From IMG/VR virus record IMGVR_UViG_3300011337_000281, positions 1 to 26,977 of that record: a DNA stretch of 26,977 nucleotides; one strand, given 5' to 3'. The first letter of the stretch is position 1; every line of letters begins with the position of its first letter. Of the stretch, positions 13,442-23,717 are shown piece by piece. The translations under genes were made by a program, and so were the position numbers. The notes below the pieces were generated by a model. It did no database searches. It was not told the DNA's origin and saw only the letters and a program-made list of their open reading frames with translations. This stretch comes from a virus. Taxonomy: Duplodnaviria; Caudoviricetes.

Positions 13442-15293
13442 GAACAGCGCAGACATAGCCAAGAGAATTATCCTTGGCTGTGTAGCTGAAGGTATGACCA
13501 TTGAGGCCGCCTGTACATCGGCAGGCAAATCAATGAAGACCTACGAGTACTATCGTAGAACTGACAAGATATTTACTGACAAGGTAGACAGAACACGCCT
13601 TGGTCTTAAGGACAAGTCCTTTGCCTCATCCGATGTTCACGACTTATCTTTCCCAGAGTTTCGCCAGAAGTACCTACACTCCCGCACTTTCCCACACCAG
13701 CAAAATCTGATAGATGTAATCGAAGGTAGAGAACCTGGCTGGCTACATCCTTCTATGAAGTACGAAAAGGGTCTGGCTAATAACAGAATCCTTTTGAACA
13801 TTCCGCCCAACCACGCCAAGTCTATGACTGTGACTATTGATTACGTCACTTGGCAGGTTTGTCAGAACCCTAACTTTAGAGTACTCATCGTATCTCAAAC
13901 GCAGCAGTTAGCTGCAGACTTTCTCTACGCCATCAAGCAACGCCTGACTCATCCAAATTATGAAGCACTCCAACAGGCTTACGCTGCTGGCGTAGGGTTT
14001 AACTCTAAGTCAGCCTCGTGGCAGGCTACCCGTGTCACCTTTGGTGATGAGCTACGTGAGTCCAGTGAGAAGGACCCAAACATTGAAGCCGTTGGTATCG
14101 GCGGTCAGATCTACGGTAAACGTGCAGATATGATTATTGTAGATGACGCAGTAACCTTGAAGAACGCTAATGAGTTTGAGAAGCAAATCAGATGGCTAAC
14201 CCAGGACGTGCGCTCTCGTCTTAACCCTACTGGTAAATTGATTATTATTGGTACTAGAGTCTCTGCAGTTGACTTGTACAAGGAACTACGCTCCGAAGAT
14301 CGCTACCCTGGTGGACAAGTCCCTTGGACCTACCTTGCAATGCCAGCTCTGCTTTCTACAGACAATGACCCCGACAAGTGGGAAACCCTCTGGCCTGCAT
14401 CTGATGCTCCCTTTGATGGTCAGATGGAATCTGATTTGAATGAAGACGGCCTCTACCCTAGATGGAATGGTCGCAACCTTTACAATGAACGTCAAGCAAT
14501 GGATGCATCAACTTGGGCGCTGGTCTACCAGCAGCAAGATATCTCAGATGATGCCATCTTTGACCCAGTATGTGTGCGAGGCTCTATAGATGGAATGCGT
14601 AAAGCAGGTCGTTTGGTTCCTGGTAACCCAGGCCATCCGCGTGATGTCAACGGCTTTTCTTTTATTTGTGGTCTTGATCCCGCTATGGTTGGTGATACAG
14701 CCGTCGTTTGTTACGCTGTTGATAGGGCTACACATAAACGCTATATCGTTGATGCTATTAAAATTACTAGGCCAACGCCTGCTGCAATCCGTCAGTTAAT
14801 CTTTGACTGGACTAGCCTCTACTCACCGAGTGAGTGGATAGTAGAGAAGAACGCATTTCAATCTTTCTTAACTCAGGATGAAGGTATCCGTGCAAACTTG
14901 GCTAGCCGAGGAGTGCTACTGCGGGAACACCATACTGGAACCAACAAGTGGGACTCAGGCTTTGGTGTTGCATCAATGTCAACTTTGTTTGGCACCAAGC
15001 AATTCGATGGCAAACACCACCGCGATAACCTTATTCACTTACCTTCAGATCAAACTGAAAACATTAAGGCGCTCATTGAGCAATTGATTACGTGGTCGCC
15101 TAGCACTAAAGGCAAGACCGATATGGTAATGGCTCTGTGGTTCTGTGAGATTAGAGCACGTGAGATGCTCAACCAAGGTATGCACAAGACCCACCATATG
15201 AAAAACCCTTTCCTATCTCGACAAGAAGTAGGCAAACGAACAGTTATCAACATAGATGAACTGCTCGCAGAGAAAGATCGTACATTCATCTAA
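13434..15293 (+). CDS. terL: Terminase large subunit with N-terminal HTH extension
   Basis: Walker A-like NIPPNHAKS, Walker B IIVDD, IGTR coupling motif, nuclease GLDPA, VEKNAFQ, DMVMA. Confidence 0.93.
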   Translation: MAENSADIAKRIILGCVAEGMTIEAACTSAGKSMKTYEYYRRTDKIFTDKVDRTRLGLKDKSFASSDVHDLSFPEFRQKYLHSRTFPHQQNLIDVIEGREPGWLHPSMKYEKGLANNRILLNIPPNHAKSMTVTIDYVTWQVCQNPNFRVLIVSQTQQLAADFLYAIKQRLTHPNYEALQQAYAAGVGFNSKSASWQATRVTFGDELRESSEKDPNIEAVGIGGQIYGKRADMIIVDDAVTLKNANEFEKQIRWLTQDVRSRLNPTGKLIIIGTRVSAVDLYKELRSEDRYPGGQVPWTYLAMPALLSTDNDPDKWETLWPASDAPFDGQMESDLNEDGLYPRWNGRNLYNERQAMDASTWALVYQQQDISDDAIFDPVCVRGSIDGMRKAGRLVPGNPGHPRDVNGFSFICGLDPAMVGDTAVVCYAVDRATHKRYIVDAIKITRPTPAAIRQLIFDWTSLYSPSEWIVEKNAFQSFLTQDEGIRANLASRGVLLREHHTGTNKWDSGFGVASMSTLFGTKQFDGKHHRDNLIHLPSDQTENIKALIEQLITWSPSTKGKTDMVMALWFCEIRAREMLNQGMHKTHHMKNPFLSRQEVGKRTVINIDELLAEKDRTFI

Positions 15294-15302
15294 GGAGATA
15301 CC

Positions 15303-15518
15303 GTGAACGAAAAAGAAATTAAGGCTTTAATTAAAGAAGCAGAGGCTGCTGCTAAAAGATACAAGGCGCAACTTAATGCCAAGTCTAAGGCTCCAGCAAC
15401 AAAAGCATCAGCAAAGCCAAAAACAACAGCACCACGTACTCGTGGTGGTAGCGGTATGCGTGGTGGTATGGGTTCACTCGGCACTGGCGGCGGTCTTCGC
15501 GGCTCAGTAAACAAGTAG
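15303..15518 (+). CDS. Small basic K/A/G-rich protein
   Basis: RBS AAGGAG; low complexity. Confidence 0.7.
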   Translation: MNEKEIKALIKEAEAAAKRYKAQLNAKSKAPATKASAKPKTTAPRTRGGSGMRGGMGSLGTGGGLRGSVNK

Positions 15519-15527
15519 GAGATAACA

Positions 15528-15686
15528 ATGGCACAAATGAAAAAGCCTGTAGTTAAAGCTACAACAAAGCCAAAGGCACCTGTAAAAAAGAAGGTGCTAG
15601 TAATGCCAAGCAAAATTTCTCCATCCAAAATGACACCGGCACAAAAAGCTCGTTACCTAAAGAACCCAGAACGCTACGACGGTTAA
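15528..15686 (+). CDS. Small basic K/P-rich protein (52 aa)
   Basis: RBS AGGAG; MAQMKKPVVKATTKPKAPVKKK... Confidence 0.7.
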   Translation: MAQMKKPVVKATTKPKAPVKKKVLVMPSKISPSKMTPAQKARYLKNPERYDG

Positions 15687-15695
15687 GGAAAACAA

Positions 15696-17453
15696 TTGTT
15701 ATCAGTCAAAGAAGTAGACGCTAAGCTAGCACGCTTACGTACTCGCTCATCAGCGCGAGATCAACGTATGCGTGATGTGCTCTCGGTGCGTCAGGGAGAT
15801 ATCTCTAAGGTATACCCTGCAATGTTTTCAGAGGATTATCCAAAGCCTCTGGTTGCAAACTTCATTGACGTAGCTGCACGTGACTTAGCAGAGGCAATGG
15901 CACCACTGCCATCCTTTAACTGCTCAGCAACCAATATGGTTTCAGATGCAGCACGCAAGGCTGCAGATACTAGAACTCGTATTGCAAACTTTTATGTAAC
16001 AAACTCTGACCTACAACTGCAGATGTACACAGCCGCAGACTGGTATAACACCTATGGTCTTGGTATCGGTATGGTTGAGATGGACTTTGAGGACAATAAC
16101 CCTCGTATCCGTATGCTCAACCCATTCGGTACCTACCCAGAGTTAGATCGTTATGGTCGTGTGCTATCTGTTATGCAGGTTATCGTTACCGATGCTGAGA
16201 CACTAGCAGCGCAATACCCAGAGTATTACGATTTAATTTTAGGACGAAACCAGTACGGCCTTTCTTCTCCTTATATCTCAATGGTCAAGTACCACGATAA
16301 AGACCAAGACTTGCTCTACTTACCAGAGCGAAAGAACTTAGTACTATCACGCACACCAAATATCTTAGGACGACCAATGGCATCTGTCATTATGCGTGCA
16401 TCCCTAGATGGTGAAGCACGTGGACAGTTTGATGATGTTCTATCAGTTCAGCTTGCCCGTGCTCGCTTTGCAATCCTACAGATTCAAGCAGCAGAGAAAT
16501 CTATCCAAGCACCTATTGCTATCCCACAAGATGTGCAAGAGTTGGCACTTGGACCAGATTCCATTATGCGCTCTGCCAATCCACAAGGCATTCGTCGTGT
16601 TTCATTAGAACTACCACCTGGAGTCTTTACAGAATCCGGCGTACTAGAGCGTGAACTACGCCTCGGTGCTCGTTACCCTGAATCTCGTTCAGGTAACATT
16701 GACGCATCAGTAGTTACAGGTCGCGGTGTACAAGCCCTACAAGCAGGTTTTGATACACAGATCAAGGCAGCACAAGCACAGTTTGCTCGTATGTTCCAAG
16801 AACTTATCTCAGTTTGCTTTGAAGCAGATGAGAAAGTATTTGGTGGTATTCCAAAGACCATCAAGGGAACAGATGACGGAACACCTTACGTTCTCAAGTA
16901 CACACCATCTCGTGACATCAAGGGTGAGTACGGCGTAGATGTACGCTACGGAATTATGTCTGGTATGGATCCTAACCGTGCCATTATTGCTTTATTACAA
17001 ATGCGTTCAGATAAGCTCGTATCTCGTGACTATGTACGTCGTGAGATTCCTATGGACTTAAATGTTACGCAGGAGGAACAACGTGTTGATATCGAAGAAA
17101 TGCGCGATTCTCTGCGGGTGGCTGTTGCTCAGTATGCACAGGCCATTCCAGCGTTGGCAGCGCAAGGTCAAGACCCTAGTGAAATCATTACCCGTATTGC
17201 ATCTGTTATCCAAGGTCGCCAAAAGGGTCAATCGCTAGAGAGCACAATCGAAAAAGCATTTACACCAGAACCACCTCCAGCCCAGCAGATGCCACCTATG
17301 GCTCCAGGTATGGAACAACAGCTTCCAGCAGCAGGTGCGGCCCCCGCTCCTGCCTCGCAGCAACCTCCACAAGAACAAGCTGGTCAGGCCCCTGCTGCTG
17401 GTCAAAAACCCGATATAGCCCAACTACTAGCTGGTATCACCGGCGCAGCATAA
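15696..17453 (+). CDS. Portal protein
   Basis: 585 aa after the terminase; helical, with a Pro/Gln/Ala-rich C-terminal tail typical of portals. Assigned by synteny and size. Confidence 0.8.
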   Translation: MLSVKEVDAKLARLRTRSSARDQRMRDVLSVRQGDISKVYPAMFSEDYPKPLVANFIDVAARDLAEAMAPLPSFNCSATNMVSDAARKAADTRTRIANFYVTNSDLQLQMYTAADWYNTYGLGIGMVEMDFEDNNPRIRMLNPFGTYPELDRYGRVLSVMQVIVTDAETLAAQYPEYYDLILGRNQYGLSSPYISMVKYHDKDQDLLYLPERKNLVLSRTPNILGRPMASVIMRASLDGEARGQFDDVLSVQLARARFAILQIQAAEKSIQAPIAIPQDVQELALGPDSIMRSANPQGIRRVSLELPPGVFTESGVLERELRLGARYPESRSGNIDASVVTGRGVQALQAGFDTQIKAAQAQFARMFQELISVCFEADEKVFGGIPKTIKGTDDGTPYVLKYTPSRDIKGEYGVDVRYGIMSGMDPNRAIIALLQMRSDKLVSRDYVRREIPMDLNVTQEEQRVDIEEMRDSLRVAVAQYAQAIPALAAQGQDPSEIITRIASVIQGRQKGQSLESTIEKAFTPEPPPAQQMPPMAPGMEQQLPAAGAAPAPASQQPPQEQAGQAPAAGQKPDIAQLLAGITGAA

Positions 17454-17469
17454 TAAGAGGAGGTGTAAT

Positions 17470-17613
17470 ATGAACAAAGGATCACGTGCAGCAGCACCAA
17501 TGTCAAAGCCAGTTGAAGGCAAGAAGGATACCTCCAAGCCAGCAGGACCAGGCAAGGTAGTACCATCAATGATGCCAGCAGGACGACGCGGAAACGCAGT
17601 CAAAAAGGGATAA
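17470..17613 (+). CDS. Small basic protein (47 aa)
   Basis: RBS GAGGAGGT; MNKGSRAAAPMSKPVEGKK... Confidence 0.7.
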   Translation: MNKGSRAAAPMSKPVEGKKDTSKPAGPGKVVPSMMPAGRRGNAVKKG

Positions 17614-17642
17614 TAACTTTTTAACGGAGGGTGTGCTGGGCG

Positions 17643-17855
17643 ATGAATGATGACAAATACGTTCCTCGTCCAGTGCGCTTTCTTGATTTTGTTGTAGTAG
17701 GCATAGGCTTTATACACAACATTGCATCATCTATTGAAACTTTAACAGGTGAGTTAATGGAGTTAACAATTTATCAATCAAATCATCTTACCCAAACTAA
17801 TAGAGCGTGGGAAGATATGACAGCAGATTTAGAAAGATTAGAGGAGGACAAATGA
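17643..17855 (+). CDS. Hypothetical protein (70 aa)
   Basis: RBS GGAGG; ATGA coupling to the next gene. Confidence 0.7.
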   Translation: MNDDKYVPRPVRFLDFVVVGIGFIHNIASSIETLTGELMELTIYQSNHLTQTNRAWEDMTADLERLEEDK

Positions 17856-18265
17856 CAACTGCACCGATGAACCCAAGAGCAGGCGTATCAGGTCCAGGTA
17901 AGTTCTCAGTTCGTACAGATAAATTAGAGTTGGGTTCCACAGCATACGGCGAAGGTGTTGATACACAGGCTATTAAGTCTGGCGCTCCACTTGCTAAGAC
18001 CGGTGATGTACGTCCTGCACGCGGTGGAGATGTCCGTGAAGCAGCAACACAGGAACCAGTAACAGAATTATTCGCACCAACTACACGCCCAGGTGAACCA
18101 ATCACTGCAGGTATTGCAATGGGTGCAGGAGCAGGACCAGAAGTTCTTGCTATGAAGCCACAAATGACAGAAAAGTATTCCGATACATTGGCAAAGTTAT
18201 TGCCATACGATGAATCAGGTGAGATAGCGATTCTGTATCAGGATATGCTTGCGCGAGGTATGTAG
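17852..18265 (+). CDS. Hypothetical virion-associated protein (137 aa)
   Basis: RBS GAGGAGG before ATG 17852; G/P/A-rich. Confidence 0.7.
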   Translation: MTTAPMNPRAGVSGPGKFSVRTDKLELGSTAYGEGVDTQAIKSGAPLAKTGDVRPARGGDVREAATQEPVTELFAPTTRPGEPITAGIAMGAGAGPEVLAMKPQMTEKYSDTLAKLLPYDESGEIAILYQDMLARGM

Positions 18266-21200
18266 TGTCAGGTAAGAACCTTAGACTAGCTGCATCCCAA
18301 GCAGGATTAAATCCAGCAGATAAAGATAGAATTGACTCACTATCAAAGTCACTTGATACTCATAAGAATTTACTTGATATGCCTGCATCTGAAGCACGCA
18401 CAAAGTTTCAGACTTTGCCTGCAGATCAACAACAAGCATTAAAGCAAACCTTTGGCACGCAACCAGAAGAAAAGAAGCGTGGTTGGTTAGGTAGTGCTTG
18501 GCACTACACAGGCGGTGCTGTAGTAGGCGCACTAACAGAAGTATCTGATTTTACATCTCGTGTTGTTCGTGCAGGAACTATGGCTAACGAGCAGATTCCA
18601 TTAGGTAGCGCTGAATACTATCTACCTAAGAACTGGTCTGTTATCTCTGAGGCTTGGAAAAAGTCTAACGATAACGGCGAAGTTGTTTACAATGAACCAC
18701 GTATCAACAATGCCATCAAGAAGTATGGCAACAACTATGTCGGTGTAGCACAAAAGGTTTCTCAAGGCATTTCACTTTCAGATCTTATTGCAAATGGAAC
18801 TGAAGAAGAAAAGCAGATTGCAAGACTTGCTGCTAAGAACGAAGACCCACTATGGCAGGATGCCTACGATGCAGTAGTTGCATCTAAGTACTCACCTGGT
18901 CGTCAACTTGCTAACGCACTATTGCCTGAATCTTTAGAAGGCACGGGATTTTTATACAAAGGTATTTCAGGAACTACAGATGCTGCATTTCGTATCTTTG
19001 CAGATCCAACCATTATTCTTGGTAAGGCTAAGAAAGCCTACGATGCTGCTAACTATGCAATCATTAAGATTGCTGGAGATCCAAAGAAATTAGATGCAGC
19101 TTTTAACAACCCAAAGGTTGTCAACTTTTTTAACTCTTACGGTTCTGAGCTAAGCAATCTAGCAAAGGCACGCAAGTCAAAGAACATTGTTGCTGCAGAA
19201 CAAGCATCAACTAATTTACGTCGCATTGCTCCTGAGTTTGGTCCTGCTGCTATTGATGAGTTTGTCAAGGCTGGCGTTACTAACTCAGATACTGCAAAGG
19301 CATATCTACAAAATAGCGTAGACATACAAGGCATTCTTAAAGGTCAAGCAGCACGTAATACACCTTTGATTCCACGTTTAACCGTAGGTCGCAAGGCTCG
19401 TATTGCCGCTCTTACTACAGGAAACAAAGTTCTTAACATTGATAATGTAGGGCAGAAATTAGTACGAGCTATGTATGGCACTGCTCCAGAGTTTGAAGAT
19501 ATTTTAACTGGTATTACTACTCAGTCTGAACGAATTGCAGACCTTGAAAGAGGTATTGGTCGCTTTAAGGGTCCAGATGGCGTAGTACGTTTTACTGAAA
19601 ACCAAATACAAGGACGCATTGACCGCTTTGCTCGTAAGTTTACAAAGGTTCCTAACCCAACGTCTAAAGTATTTGATGTTATGGGACCTAATGCAGTAGA
19701 TGAAATCTACCGCACTGCTCGTCTAACTAACTCTCGCTATCACAGCAAGATTATTGCTGAGGCTTTTGCTGCTGGTGATGAAGGCCAGCGTATGCAAGTT
19801 ACTAAAGGTCTTTGGAATACAATCTTTACTACACGTGGTGTACGTAAGGGTGACCCAGGCAAAACCTTTATGGATGAGTTTGCAGGCAAAGGCTTAGAAA
19901 AGCGTTACGCTGCAGATCTAGTAATTGATGGCAAGCGTCTTGGTAACCCATCTGAATTTGATGGTGAACAACTAGCATTGTTCCCATATCAATTATCGTC
20001 ATCTATGGTCATTCCATCTGTTGTTGACCTAGACCGTCTTACTGCTCGTCAGGGAGTAATCTCTAAACTTGTTGGTGTATCACATAACAAGTGGGTAGAT
20101 AAAATGACATCTGGTTGGTCATTCTTAACTCTTGCCGGTCCTCGCTTTGCAATGCGTAACTCTATTGAAGACGATATGTTCTTCTTAGCACGTGGTCGCA
20201 ATCCTTGGGACTTAGTAAAGGGTAAATTGTGGTCTACACGTATTCGTGTTGGTAAAGGTGCAGGCGCACTTAACCCAGATGGCACAGCAAAAAGCGCATT
20301 TGATAAATTCAAAGATACTGTTTTCTTAAATTCAGAGTCTGGTGAAGTCGGTGTTATTAACAAGTTCGTCCTTGCTGATGAACTAGAAGAGTTTGCTGGT
20401 AAAGTTGCTGCTGCAACTAATGAAGACGAAGTTCGTTCCGTTATGGCAGAGGCATTGCTTCGCCGTAAACTAGGTTACAAGTTAGATTCAGAAGCTGCAG
20501 AAATTATTTCAGATGTTGCAAAGTACGGTAATTTAGATAACCTTCTTGCAGACGTTACAGAAGGTGCTAAGAACGGTGCTCGTGGCGGTGGACGTTATCA
20601 GAACATTGCAGATGACGTATCTCGCTTTGGTAAAATGGATGCAATTACCATTGATGGTAAAGCATACAAGCGTTCAATGGGTGATATCCCATTTACTAAC
20701 TTTAGCCCTGTTGCTAATGAGCAATCAAAGGTTAGTTGGTTATTCCAACTTGGTGTAATGGCTAATGATGATATTGGTCGCATTGCTTTTAAGAACCTCA
20801 ATGATGAGGAAAAGGGAATTGACGAGATCTATAAGTATCTTAAGTCATTGCCAAAGCGTGACCGCGATAGATTCCAGTTATACTACAAGGCTGGCGAAGA
20901 TGAATATACTCACGCACAGCGTGCATTCCTTGCAGCATATGGTTTGCTTACTAAGGCAGATGGAAAACTTAACGAAGATTTGTGGAGCAAGATTGTAAAG
21001 ACAGATGCAGACGGATATGTCCGTGTGACTGCTAAAGATTTACGCCTTGCTGACTTACCAACAGATCCTAAATTAGCGCCATCATTTATTTCAGGCCCAA
21101 CTCTTGTACCAGTATCTGAGGCAGACAACTTTGCTGGCTCTATGTGGGATAAAGGCTGGGATGCAATGGGAGAAGCCAACGCACGTTGGACTCGTGAACC

Positions 21201-22962
21201 TATTGTAACTGTTGAATTAGTACGTTTTCGCAAGGAACTGGATTCATCTGGTTTCAGCCAGAAGGTTATTGACCAATTCACTGCAGGTAAGACTGATGAA
21301 GCCTATGCAAAGGCCTACAAAGCAGCAAAGCGTCACATTAACCAGATGGCAGAAGACTTGGCTAAGGACAGTGCATTAGCGTATGTAGATAATCCTGCAG
21401 TACGTAGCCAACTTGCTATGTCTGGCCGTAACTTTGCACGCTTCTATCGTGCTACTGAAGACTTTTATCGTCGCTTTTATCGTACAGTTAGATATAACCC
21501 AGAGGCAATCACTCGTGCGTCACTAACATACGATGGAATTTCACACTCAGGCTTTGTACAGACAGATGATAGTGGAGAAGATTACTTCTTCTACCCAGGA
21601 ACTACAGCAATGTATCAAGCAATGGGTAAGACTATGCAGTTCTTTGGACAAGAAGAAGGCATTAAGGCCCCAATGCCTATCGAGTTCAGTGCTAAGTTGA
21701 AGATGATTACACCATCTACTAACCCAGACTCACTGTTTCCTACATTTGCTGGTCCTTTATCTGCAATATCACTCAAGGCAATCTTTAATGTGGTACCAGC
21801 TTTGGATAAGTTTGAAAGAGTCTTGCTTGGTCAATACGCAGAAGACCAACCAATGATCAACGCAGTCTTTCCTGCACACTTAACACGTCTATTATCTACA
21901 TTAGACCGAGATGAGCGTGTAGGTCAGTACGCATCAGCATCACGTAAGGCTGCTGCATACCTAGAGGCTACAGGTCACGGACTAACACCCAAGATTGATC
22001 CAGTAACTGGTCTTGAAATTGATCTTACCGTAGGTGAGTTGGAAGACTACAAGGATAAGTTAGCTGCATCTACAATTACAGCATTAAGCCTACGCTTTAT
22101 TCTTGGTTTCTTTGTACCAGCATCACCACAAACAACCCTTAAGAGTGATATCGCTGTATGGGCGCGTGAAAATGGTGAGACTAACTTCAAGCAAACCTTT
22201 AATGCTTTAGTTACAAAGACTGGTAGTTATGACAAGGCTATGGGTGAGTGGATTCGTCTGTTCCCTAAAGAGATTCCATACACAGTATCTGAATCTGATA
22301 GCACAGTCGTAGCAATCCTTAGCGCTAATAAGAAGGCTAATGAATGGGTTAATGACAACAAGGCACTTATCAAGAAGTACCCAGAAGGTGCCGGATTTTT
22401 TATTCCAAAAGAAGGCGAATTCGACTTTGATGCCTATAAGTTATTATCAACTATGGGACTTAAGAAGTCTAAACTAGTAGATGATTACTTGCGTGAAGTA
22501 AGCACAGCACGTGATGAGGCTTTCTTTTACTCACAACAAGACCTCTACGAAGAAGAACTTGCTAATACATTTAGTGATTATTCTAAGCGTAACCTTAAGA
22601 CACAATGGGAAACCTGGTCTAAGCAATTCAAGAAAGCACGTCCTTTGTTACAGCAAGAGATGGGCAAGGGTGCTGAGAACGCAATCAAGCGTACACAAGC
22701 ACTATCTGACTTAAGAACTATGTTGTCAGACCCAACTGTCAAAGTAAATTCAGCAGTTCGCAAGCCTATTGAGGGTATGTTGAATACATATAATGATTAC
22801 GTCAACGCACGTGATGCAGTATTTGGCAGCACACAGTCTGCTCAGAACTACAAGGATATGCTCAAGCAGCGTACAAAGCAAGAACTACTACGTTTATCAC
22901 AAACAAACCGTAATGCAGAAGATGCGTACTTCGCTTTGTTCTCGAAACTAATTAGAGATTAA
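18265..22962 (+). CDS. Large putative internal virion/ejection protein (1565 aa)
   Basis: Very long Ala-rich helical ORF with no Cys, in the structural operon. Function inferred. Confidence 0.6.
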   Translation: MSGKNLRLAASQAGLNPADKDRIDSLSKSLDTHKNLLDMPASEARTKFQTLPADQQQALKQTFGTQPEEKKRGWLGSAWHYTGGAVVGALTEVSDFTSRVVRAGTMANEQIPLGSAEYYLPKNWSVISEAWKKSNDNGEVVYNEPRINNAIKKYGNNYVGVAQKVSQGISLSDLIANGTEEEKQIARLAAKNEDPLWQDAYDAVVASKYSPGRQLANALLPESLEGTGFLYKGISGTTDAAFRIFADPTIILGKAKKAYDAANYAIIKIAGDPKKLDAAFNNPKVVNFFNSYGSELSNLAKARKSKNIVAAEQASTNLRRIAPEFGPAAIDEFVKAGVTNSDTAKAYLQNSVDIQGILKGQAARNTPLIPRLTVGRKARIAALTTGNKVLNIDNVGQKLVRAMYGTAPEFEDILTGITTQSERIADLERGIGRFKGPDGVVRFTENQIQGRIDRFARKFTKVPNPTSKVFDVMGPNAVDEIYRTARLTNSRYHSKIIAEAFAAGDEGQRMQVTKGLWNTIFTTRGVRKGDPGKTFMDEFAGKGLEKRYAADLVIDGKRLGNPSEFDGEQLALFPYQLSSSMVIPSVVDLDRLTARQGVISKLVGVSHNKWVDKMTSGWSFLTLAGPRFAMRNSIEDDMFFLARGRNPWDLVKGKLWSTRIRVGKGAGALNPDGTAKSAFDKFKDTVFLNSESGEVGVINKFVLADELEEFAGKVAAATNEDEVRSVMAEALLRRKLGYKLDSEAAEIISDVAKYGNLDNLLADVTEGAKNGARGGGRYQNIADDVSRFGKMDAITIDGKAYKRSMGDIPFTNFSPVANEQSKVSWLFQLGVMANDDIGRIAFKNLNDEEKGIDEIYKYLKSLPKRDRDRFQLYYKAGEDEYTHAQRAFLAAYGLLTKADGKLNEDLWSKIVKTDADGYVRVTAKDLRLADLPTDPKLAPSFISGPTLVPVSEADNFAGSMWDKGWDAMGEANARWTREPIVTVELVRFRKELDSSGFSQKVIDQFTAGKTDEAYAKAYKAAKRHINQMAEDLAKDSALAYVDNPAVRSQLAMSGRNFARFYRATEDFYRRFYRTVRYNPEAITRASLTYDGISHSGFVQTDDSGEDYFFYPGTTAMYQAMGKTMQFFGQEEGIKAPMPIEFSAKLKMITPSTNPDSLFPTFAGPLSAISLKAIFNVVPALDKFERVLLGQYAEDQPMINAVFPAHLTRLLSTLDRDERVGQYASASRKAAAYLEATGHGLTPKIDPVTGLEIDLTVGELEDYKDKLAASTITALSLRFILGFFVPASPQTTLKSDIAVWARENGETNFKQTFNALVTKTGSYDKAMGEWIRLFPKEIPYTVSESDSTVVAILSANKKANEWVNDNKALIKKYPEGAGFFIPKEGEFDFDAYKLLSTMGLKKSKLVDDYLREVSTARDEAFFYSQQDLYEEELANTFSDYSKRNLKTQWETWSKQFKKARPLLQQEMGKGAENAIKRTQALSDLRTMLSDPTVKVNSAVRKPIEGMLNTYNDYVNARDAVFGSTQSAQNYKDMLKQRTKQELLRLSQTNRNAEDAYFALFSKLIRD

Positions 22963-22976
22963 CAGGAGATAGAGTA

Positions 22977-23717
22977 ATGGAAAGTGGATTCTTTAATAAC
23001 TGGAAAAACTCAGGTCTTCCTGCTAGTGGTTCGACCATCTCTAATCCAGGCGCAGCTAACGGCAATGTAGGTTTCAAGGGTGGGCAAGCAGGAGCAAATG
23101 TAGCAGCAGAGCCTGCTATCGTTGAGATTCTCAGTATGAATCCAAAAGATCGTCTTGCGCTATCTAAGTTACTAAAAGATGCAGGTTATCTAAGAACGGC
23201 AACTAGTAAGTACAACAAAAAGTTAGCAGATGCCTACACATCTGCAGCACAAGAAGCAGCAACAGAGGCACAACGTAGTGGTCGTCCAACACTTACTCTT
23301 CGTGAGTTTCTAGTTGAGAACTATGAAGCTCCAACTGGTACAGGTGCTGGAAATATACCTAGCCGTAGCATTTATCAATATACAGAAGCAGATCGCATCA
23401 AGATGATTGATGATGTATCTCAGACATTACGTGGTCAAGGTGTAACAGATGCTGATAAATCAGCAAAGTGGTACAAAGACCTTAAGAAGTCTATTGATAA
23501 TATGATTGCTACAGGAACTGTATCTACCAGCCAAAAAGTTATGAACCCTAAGACTAAAAAATTAGAAGTTCAGACTGTTAGCACACCTGGTTTCTCACAA
23601 GAACAGGCAGCAGCAGTTGCTGAGAAAGCTATTCGTAAAGCAACACCTGAAGATGTAGCACGCAAAGAGCGCGTTGACTTTACAAGCTGGATGTTCAGCG
23701 CATTGGGAGGTAAGTAA
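22977..23717 (+). CDS. Putative virion protein
   Basis: RBS AGGAG; 246 aa; structural operon. Confidence 0.6.
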   Translation: MESGFFNNWKNSGLPASGSTISNPGAANGNVGFKGGQAGANVAAEPAIVEILSMNPKDRLALSKLLKDAGYLRTATSKYNKKLADAYTSAAQEAATEAQRSGRPTLTLREFLVENYEAPTGTGAGNIPSRSIYQYTEADRIKMIDDVSQTLRGQGVTDADKSAKWYKDLKKSIDNMIATGTVSTSQKVMNPKTKKLEVQTVSTPGFSQEQAAAVAEKAIRKATPEDVARKERVDFTSWMFSALGGK

